64,000 nucleotides of DNA, from the NCBI GenBank assembly GCA_032128875.1, contig JAVLKG010000001.1, positions 64,001 through 128,000 on the forward strand, in the 5' to 3' direction. This document shows positions 58,269 to 64,000 of the stretch, piece after piece. The stretch's first letter is position 1, and each line of letters begins with the position of its first letter. The position numbers were made by a program, and so were the translations under genes. The notes beneath the pieces were generated by a model. It was not told the origin of the DNA. It saw only the letters and a program-made list of their open reading frames with translations, and made no database searches. This stretch comes from Candidatus Melainabacteria bacterium 17Bon1m. Lineage in GTDB: Bacteria; Cyanobacteriota; Vampirovibrionia; Obscuribacterales; Obscuribacteraceae.

Positions 58269-60419
58269 CTACTTCCTTTTCATGCTCAGAGAGATGCGTT
58301 TTCTGTCCTTGTCCACTTGCATCACGACGACGCTAACTTGCTGGTTGACCTTCACGAATGTGGATGGATCTTTGATGAATTTGTCTGCTAATTCACTGAC
58401 GTGCACTAGTCCATCTTGGTGAACGCCGATATCGACAAACGCTCCGAAGGCTGTCACGTTGGTGACGATTCCGGGAAGGCGCATGCCCTCTCTTAGATCA
58501 TTAATGCTATGAATTCCGTCGGCAAACTTCACTGGCTCTAGCTGCGAGCGCGGGTCGCGCCCTGGCTTTTCCAATTCTTTGATGATGTCTTTCAGCGTCG
58601 GGAGCCCGACTTCTTTATCGACATACTTGTTGATCTCGACTTTTGCTGTATTTGATTCATTGTTGATGAGCGCCGCTACGCTAAACCCTGCATCTTTCGC
58701 CATGCGCTCTACGAGCTCATATCGCTCGGGGTGAACAGCGCTCGTGTCCAGTGGATTTTTTGCATCGCGAATGCGTAAGAAGCCAGCGCATTGCTCGAAT
58801 GCTTTTGGACCCAAGCGAGGAACTTTCTTCAGTTGCGCGCGACTGGCGAAGGCGCCGTTTTCGTCTCTGTATTTGACGATGTTGGCGGCGATCTGTGGAC
58901 CCAGTCCGCTTACATATGAAAGCAACTGTTTACTTGCCGTGTTTAACTCTACGCCTACGGCATTCACGCAACTAATGACTGTGTCGTCGAGGCTGCGCTG
59001 TAACGCTGTTTGATCAACATCGTGCTGATATTGCCCGACACCGATTGATTTTGGATCTATTTTGACGAGTTCCGCCAGAGGGTCCATCAGTCTGCGACCA
59101 ATCGAAACTGCGCCGCGCACGGTGATATCGTAGTCGCCAAATTCTTCACGTGCAATTTCAGATGCCGAGTAGATTGACGCTCCGCTTTCATTGACGACAA
59201 CGATAGGAATATTTGGCAAGCCCGCGTCTTTGTAGTTTATGCCGCGCAAAAATGACTCCGTCTCGCGGCTGGCAGTGCCATTGCCCAAAGCTATAGCTTC
59301 TATGCTGTGCTTCTTCAAAAGTTCGATTACTTTCTGTTCTGCTTTGGAGGCTTGCGATTGATTATTTCCTTCGAAGAGCGGATAGATCACATCGTGATGA
59401 AGCAAAGCACCCTGGCGATCTAGGCAAACAATCTTGCACCCTGTACGAAAGCCTGGGTCCACGGCAAGCACTGCCTTTTGCCCAAGTGGTGGCGCCATCA
59501 GCAGTTCACGAACATTTCGGACGAAGACATCAATTGCGCCCTCGTCCGCGCGTCCTTTCAAATTTGCTCTCAACTCTGTTTCCATCGCTGGAGCGAGTAG
59601 ACGTTTGTACGAATCCTGCGCAGCTAACCTGCACTGTTCCCAGCTACGGTTGCCGCCTTTGACGAATCGGCGCTCCAGCATTTGTAGAGCTTCTTCTTCG
59701 GGCGGGTTGATTTTGAGTTTGAGAAATCCTTCCGTCTCTCCGCGCAGCATCGCTAAAATTCTATGCGAAGGAATTGAAGTGACATTTTCTGTCCAGTCAA
59801 AATAGTCTTTAAACTTCGCACCTTCTGTCTCTTTCCCCTTGACCATTAGCGATGAGAAAGAACTTCGTGCAAACCAAAACTTGCGCATTTCTTTGCGCGC
59901 ATGTTCGTCTTCTGCAATCCATTCAGCAATAATATCTCGAGCGCCCGCTAATGCATCTTCAGCCGAGGCGACGCCCTTCTCTGCATCTATATAACGCGCA
60001 GCTTCGGTCGGTGGATCTTTTGGACTGCCTGCGAATAACTCCTTTGCGAGCGGCTCTAAGCCTTTTTCTCTTGCTGCAGATGCGCGTGTTTTCCGCTTTG
60101 GTCTGAATGGTAGATAAACGTCTTCCAGTTCTGTGAGCGTGACAGCCTTTTCAATTTTTGCTTTTAGCTCATCAGTCAGTAGGTTGCGCTCGGTTAGCGA
60201 CTCGAGGATTGACTGACGGCGTTTGTCGAGCTCTTCCAGTTGCGCTTGGCGGTCGCGAATTTGCGCGATCACGACCTCGTCCAAACTCCCAGTAACTTCT
60301 TTGCGGTAGCGAGCGATAAAGGGAATCGTCGCACCTTCTGACAGAAGAGCAAGGGTGGCGCGCACCTTTGCATTTTCGAGTTTTAGCTCTGCTGCAATTT
60401 TTTCTACGTAATCGCTCAT
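58269..60419 (-). CDS. tex: Tex/YhgF RNA-binding transcription accessory protein
   Basis: GATIPFIARYRKE, DPGFRTGCK, GNGTASRET, VNESGASIYSAS, SIGVGQYQHD, C-terminal S1 domain FGAFVDIG. Confidence 0.96.
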   Translation of the reverse strand: MSDYVEKIAAELKLENAKVRATLALLSEGATIPFIARYRKEVTGSLDEVVIAQIRDRQAQLEELDKRRQSILESLTERNLLTDELKAKIEKAVTLTELEDVYLPFRPKRKTRASAAREKGLEPLAKELFAGSPKDPPTEAARYIDAEKGVASAEDALAGARDIIAEWIAEDEHARKEMRKFWFARSSFSSLMVKGKETEGAKFKDYFDWTENVTSIPSHRILAMLRGETEGFLKLKINPPEEEALQMLERRFVKGGNRSWEQCRLAAQDSYKRLLAPAMETELRANLKGRADEGAIDVFVRNVRELLMAPPLGQKAVLAVDPGFRTGCKIVCLDRQGALLHHDVIYPLFEGNNQSQASKAEQKVIELLKKHSIEAIALGNGTASRETESFLRGINYKDAGLPNIPIVVVNESGASIYSASEIAREEFGDYDITVRGAVSIGRRLMDPLAELVKIDPKSIGVGQYQHDVDQTALQRSLDDTVISCVNAVGVELNTASKQLLSYVSGLGPQIAANIVKYRDENGAFASRAQLKKVPRLGPKAFEQCAGFLRIRDAKNPLDTSAVHPERYELVERMAKDAGFSVAALINNESNTAKVEINKYVDKEVGLPTLKDIIKELEKPGRDPRSQLEPVKFADGIHSINDLREGMRLPGIVTNVTAFGAFVDIGVHQDGLVHVSELADKFIKDPSTFVKVNQQVSVVVMQVDKDRKRISLSMKRK

Positions 60420-60430
60420 GCGCTGCTGAA

Positions 60431-61060
60431 CTAAACCTCCGGTCGTACCATTACAAAACGCTCTTTGATTTCGCAGTATTCCATGCCTGCCAGACGTCCG
60501 ATTGGCTGCAGGACATTGATATCGACCCGTCCGTTTTTATAGACTGATTCGTGCAAGTGCGCGCACTGAACCCTTCCCAGAACTAAATTGCCGGCTCCCG
60601 GGTGTTCGCCAAATGAGATGACTTGATGCAATTTGCACTCGAAATTGATAAGAGACTCTTGGACGCGAGGTGGCGCGATATGTGTCGATGTAGCAGCCGT
60701 CAGTCCTGCTTTTTCAAACTCGTTGACGCCATGTGCATAGCTGCCGCTGCTTTGATTCATCTGCTCGGCGACTTGCTTGCTAACGATGTTTACGACGAAT
60801 TCTCCAGTGTCCTGGATGTTCTTTAGGGTGTCTTTCGGAATGCCCTTTTGGGTTCCCTCATAAACTTCAAGCTTGAGCGCGGGCGAAAAACACAATACGG
60901 GTGGATTCGAACTTGCAACTGTGAAAAAAGAGAATGGTGCGAGATTGGCAATGCCGTCTTTGCTCAGTGTGGAAACCCAGGCAATTGGACGAGGCAATAT
61001 ACTTCCGATCAGGATCTTGTAAAACGCATCTGGTGCCGCTTTGTCGAATTCAACTATCAT
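60431..61060 (-). CDS. Flavin reductase-like (DIM6/NTAB) protein
   Basis: ILPRPIAWVST, NLAPFSFF, KDTLKNI..GEFVVN, PIGRLAG. Confidence 0.9.
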   Translation of the reverse strand: MIVEFDKAAPDAFYKILIGSILPRPIAWVSTLSKDGIANLAPFSFFTVASSNPPVLCFSPALKLEVYEGTQKGIPKDTLKNIQDTGEFVVNIVSKQVAEQMNQSSGSYAHGVNEFEKAGLTAATSTHIAPPRVQESLINFECKLHQVISFGEHPGAGNLVLGRVQCAHLHESVYKNGRVDINVLQPIGRLAGMEYCEIKERFVMVRPEV

Positions 61061-61102
61061 TGGACTCCTGACTCTCCTCTCACATTTTCGGTTTTCAAAA
61101 AC

Positions 61103-61594
61103 CTAATTTTCCGACTTGCAGATATCACCCATGGTGGCATTGACGGCTTTGACGTAATCGTCCGGTGCAATCAAAATTTGTTTGCCACGAACGCCCGCCG
61201 AAATCGAAACGCGCTCGTATAAAGTAATCGTTTCGTCTACGAACACCGGGTATGGCTTCTTGCAAGCAAGCGCTGTAACACCGCCGCGAATGTATCCGGT
61301 GAGTGCTTCGACTTCCTTTAGCGGAACAACCTTTACATCAGAATTGCCGCTTAGTTTCGCTAGCGCTTTTAGGTCTAAGCTCATGCTTCCCGGTACGACG
61401 CCGAGGCACACTCCGGTTTTATCGCCGCGGGCTACGAGTGTTTTGAACACTTGATCAATCGGAAAATCTATTTTCTTCGCGACAGTTTCCGCAGTTAGAT
61501 CATCCGGATCCACTTCGTATTCTCTCAGCTCATAGCTTATTTTGAGATTGTCCAGCAAGCGAACAGCGTTTGTTTTCATTGGTGCCTTGCTCAC
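61103..61594 (-). CDS. ybaK: Cys-tRNA(Pro) deacylase
   Basis: KTNAVRLLD, VFKTLV, TGYIRGGVT, SAGVRG. Confidence 0.92.
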   Translation of the reverse strand: MSKAPMKTNAVRLLDNLKISYELREYEVDPDDLTAETVAKKIDFPIDQVFKTLVARGDKTGVCLGVVPGSMSLDLKALAKLSGNSDVKVVPLKEVEALTGYIRGGVTALACKKPYPVFVDETITLYERVSISAGVRGKQILIAPDDYVKAVNATMGDICKSEN

Positions 61595-62382
61595 TTCAGC
61601 GGTTGCTGAAAAAAACTTTCCAGGTCAGATTTGCTCATTCCGCCACCAACGTCAGCGAAGTACAAAGACGCCTTGTCGTTAGTCCTTCTGTAGTCTTTCG
61701 GCACGCTGAACGAAACCGTTGATGCAGGGATGGTTTTGATAGACGTCGTAAGCAATGCAATCTCCATGTGATTTCCCTCGCGCTGACTGACACTGATAGG
61801 AAAACCACATTTTGCCGGCACCAGGTAATGCTTGCTCCAGAATTCAACGACTGCTTGATCGCATGGTGCCTTTTGCAAGCAGATGAAATCAGCGACTTTT
61901 ACTTTTTGCCCCTTCACCATTTGATAGCCGAAGTAATGGTTGCAAGGCTGACCGTCTACAGTTAGTTTGTCTAAGAGCTCAACGGACGATATATCGATGG
62001 AGGGCAGTCCGCGCCTGTTCCACGTCAGCCAGCCTTTAGCAGTGTCGCGAAAATAAACCTTGTTTTCCGAATTAAGCATATTTACTTCGTCAGGCTTGTT
62101 CTTGTCCCAAATCGTGTATCCGAACTTTGCACGGACGTTGAGCCCATCCCCGACCTTCATTGAAAAGGGTCCGAAGGTTGCGCTTCTTCCTTGAATTGCG
62201 ATGGCAGTTTTTGCACTAGTCTGAGGCTTTTGCGCCTTAGTCTGCTTAGGCGCGGCGAAAGCTACGGCTGTGGAAACAAGACCCACAGCTACAGCGCCGA
62301 ATAGAGCTGCCTTTGTGCCAAACAAGACGTATGTTCTCTTGGAAACGCGCACAGATGCCGAGACATAAGTATAAATGCTCAA
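61591..62382 (-). CDS. Secreted hypothetical protein
   Basis: Signal-like AAVAVGLVSTAVAFAA, beta-rich body, C-terminal FSVPKDY. Confidence 0.65.
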   Translation of the reverse strand: MSIYTYVSASVRVSKRTYVLFGTKAALFGAVAVGLVSTAVAFAAPKQTKAQKPQTSAKTAIAIQGRSATFGPFSMKVGDGLNVRAKFGYTIWDKNKPDEVNMLNSENKVYFRDTAKGWLTWNRRGLPSIDISSVELLDKLTVDGQPCNHYFGYQMVKGQKVKVADFICLQKAPCDQAVVEFWSKHYLVPAKCGFPISVSQREGNHMEIALLTTSIKTIPASTVSFSVPKDYRRTNDKASLYFADVGGGMSKSDLESFFQQPLK

Positions 62383-62407
62383 TAGGCAAGATGAGGCGAA
62401 TTGTGAG

Positions 62408-63004
62408 TTATGAAACCGAAATCGAATAAAGTGTTTTGGGTTTGAAAAACTGCATCAGCGGCGCGCAGTGTTCGAGAACAGAGCCGTCTTCTAGGACTTC
62501 AAATGATGCTTTGCTCGGATGGGTGGGGAATTCTTTCCAGTCATATCCATGTCGCTTCCAGCCGTGTTCTTGCCAGGGAGCGTCCGGATTTTCTCGGCTT
62601 TTCTTTATGACAAGTTCTGGTGTGGCTGTGTCGGCGAGTGATGGGATTATGTCTTTGGTGACCGCCGTAATGGCGCAAACTAGCTCGCCCTGTTCGTCAT
62701 ACTTAAATCCGTGGGAGCGTCCCTGTCCGTCTGATTTAAACAACAAGCGCTCCTGTCCGTCTTGCAAAATGCCTTTGATAAGCATGCCGCCTCGGTCCAG
62801 GTCGCAAACCAAGATGGATGCAAAACAGCCGAGCTCCGTCTTTTGCTGCAAGTCCCAGGCGTATCGATTGAGTTCTGCAAAAGCAGTTGTGTAGCGATAT
62901 GCGATTGCTTGTTGCAACAGCAATTCATTCTGCCCATACATCGATTTCGTGGACCCGACAAGGCTTACTTCGTCGATGAATCCAGAATTTTGGTCTACGC
63001 TCAT
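62408..63004 (-). CDS. Hypothetical protein
   Basis: 198-aa ORF with AGGAG RBS, co-oriented with its neighbours. No motif recognised. Confidence 0.6.
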   Translation of the reverse strand: MSVDQNSGFIDEVSLVGSTKSMYGQNELLLQQAIAYRYTTAFAELNRYAWDLQQKTELGCFASILVCDLDRGGMLIKGILQDGQERLLFKSDGQGRSHGFKYDEQGELVCAITAVTKDIIPSLADTATPELVIKKSRENPDAPWQEHGWKRHGYDWKEFPTHPSKASFEVLEDGSVLEHCAPLMQFFKPKTLYSISVS

Positions 63005-63171
63005 GCTCGCATCGCTCCTGTTTTAGAGGCGCAAACTGTTGTGAATGATGGCTGCCAGATGTCTAGTAAATGCTTTTGGAGGCTAGCAGTATTCAAGCTT
63101 TGGATAATGACACGAGTGTGACAAGTCGTCGGGAGCTTGCCGCGTGTCGTTTTCAGCTTTCTGATCCAGTT

Positions 63172-63762
63172 TTACTCGCAGGTCTGACCGTGTTTTTTAA
63201 AGTAATCCTGGTGGTAGTCTTCCGCGTCATAGAATTTGCTTGCCGGCTCAATTGCCGTGACTATCGGCTTCGAAAACCGATGCGCGTCATTCAATTGTTT
63301 CTTCAGCTGCAGTGCTTCTTCCTTTTGCGATTCGTCAGTGTAGAACACTACCGATCGATACTGATCGCCGACATCGGGTCCTTGGCGATTCAATGTTGTT
63401 GGATCGTGATTTGCCCAAAATACTTGCAAGAGTTGTTTGAAAGTCGTCTTCTTCGGGTCGTACTCAACCTCAACGGTTTCAACATGTTTGGTCGTGTGAC
63501 TGCAGACTTGTTCGTAAGAAGGGTTTTTTATGGTGCCGCCGGAGTATCCGACTTTCGTTTTCACAACGCCCGGAGCTTTGCTAAAAATGTATTGTACTTT
63601 CCAAAAGCAACCGGCGCCGAAGTAGGCGGTTTTCAGTCCTGAGTTTGTGGAATTGGTTGCGGGTGGTGACTTTGCTTCGGCGATGTACGAGCAAACCAAC
63701 ATGCCTGCCGGTGCGAAAGCAACTACCGCTCCCGCGAGCAAAAGATTAACTATCTTGTTCAT
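63172..63762 (-). CDS. msrA: Peptide-methionine (S)-S-oxide reductase with signal peptide
   Basis: AYFGAGCFW, VGYSGG..NPSYEQVC, HDPTTLNRQGPDVGDQYRS, AEDYHQDY. Probable start ATG 63762. Confidence 0.92.
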   Translation of the reverse strand: MNKIVNLLLAGAVVAFAPAGMLVCSYIAEAKSPPATNSTNSGLKTAYFGAGCFWKVQYIFSKAPGVVKTKVGYSGGTIKNPSYEQVCSHTTKHVETVEVEYDPKKTTFKQLLQVFWANHDPTTLNRQGPDVGDQYRSVVFYTDESQKEEALQLKKQLNDAHRFSKPIVTAIEPASKFYDAEDYHQDYFKKHGQTCE

Positions 63763-63822
63763 TGCATCCCCTTTCAGCCCAATCTCAATATATCCGATCG
63801 TTAGGGGGTGTGCACGGTCAGG

Positions 63823-63849
63823 CCGGGCGATGCATGGCATCGCGCCTAC
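63823..63849 (-). repeat. GTAG-type REP element
   Basis: The minus strand reads GTAG-GCGCGATG-CCATG-CATCGCCC-GG. Confidence 0.65.
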
Positions 63850-63850
63850 A

Positions 63851-63925
63851 CTTACTCTCCGAAACCGGCGTCGCGCTTACTGTCCCAAACCGGCGTCGCG
63901 CTTAATCTCCCAAATTGGCGCCGTT
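63851..63925. repeat. 25-bp tandem repeat, three copies
   Basis: CTTACTCTCCGAAACCGGCGTCGCG / CTTACTGTCCCAAACCGGCGTCGCG / CTTAATCTCCCAAATTGGCGCCGTT. Confidence 0.85.
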
Positions 63926-64000
63926 TCCATTACCCGCGCCATTTCTATCATCATCGCCGTTTTTCTTCGCCGCTGCTTTTGCAGCGAGTTCTGCTGTGGA
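63902..64000 (-). CDS. 3' end of a gene entering from beyond the window
   Basis: Open frame STAELAAKAAAKKNGDDDRNGAGNGNGANLGD* with TAA at 63902-63904. Confidence 0.5.
   Translation of the reverse strand, partial: STAELAAKAAAKKNGDDDRNGAGNGNGANLGD

Noticed and set aside
63851-63925. Possible CRISPR array
   Set aside because: The 25-bp units are directly adjacent with no spacers, and there are no cas genes. It is a tandem duplication.
1-64000. Prophage, IS element, defence island, tRNA or rRNA
   Set aside because: No integrase, transposase, phage structural, restriction or toxin-antitoxin genes were recognised, and no cloverleaf or rRNA-like sequence was seen by eye.

Overview
Gene-dense bacterial chromosomal window of about 50% GC with about 55 CDS. 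I found no rRNA, tRNA, CRISPR array, transposase or integrase. The gene content (standalone LRV/HEAT-repeat proteins, CHASE2 and NarL-type two-component systems, cyanobacteria-like housekeeping genes, no photosynthesis genes) suggests a non-photosynthetic cyanobacterial relative such as Melainabacteria/Obscuribacterales; this is inference only. Recognisable content: a CHASE2 kinase plus NarL regulator divergent from the first of two secreted VIT-vWA paralogs (the second is split by a 1-nt frameshift), dxs, ybaB-recR, three acyltransferases, three LRV-repeat genes, a TolC/MFP/MacB-type exporter, two aldo/keto reductases, cytochrome bd (cydAB), uvsE followed by a desaturase/FAD-oxidoreductase/DUF1365/cfa/DUF1295/methyltransferase cluster resembling the furan fatty acid pathway, a DEAD-box helicase, panE, paaI, TetR, tex, ybaK and msrA. 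The most striking signal is missing from the ORF track. A small SEC-C (CPCGSG..CC) gene at 54248-54487 reads as one protein only through three successive +1 frameshifts, each on a UUU Phe codon (TTT-TGA, TTT-CAA, TTT-TGA), which suggests programmed recoding. Other unlisted micro-ORFs are an RGPP-ending peptide (33191-33253) and a CPYC peptide behind a NemR-like operator (30698-30754).
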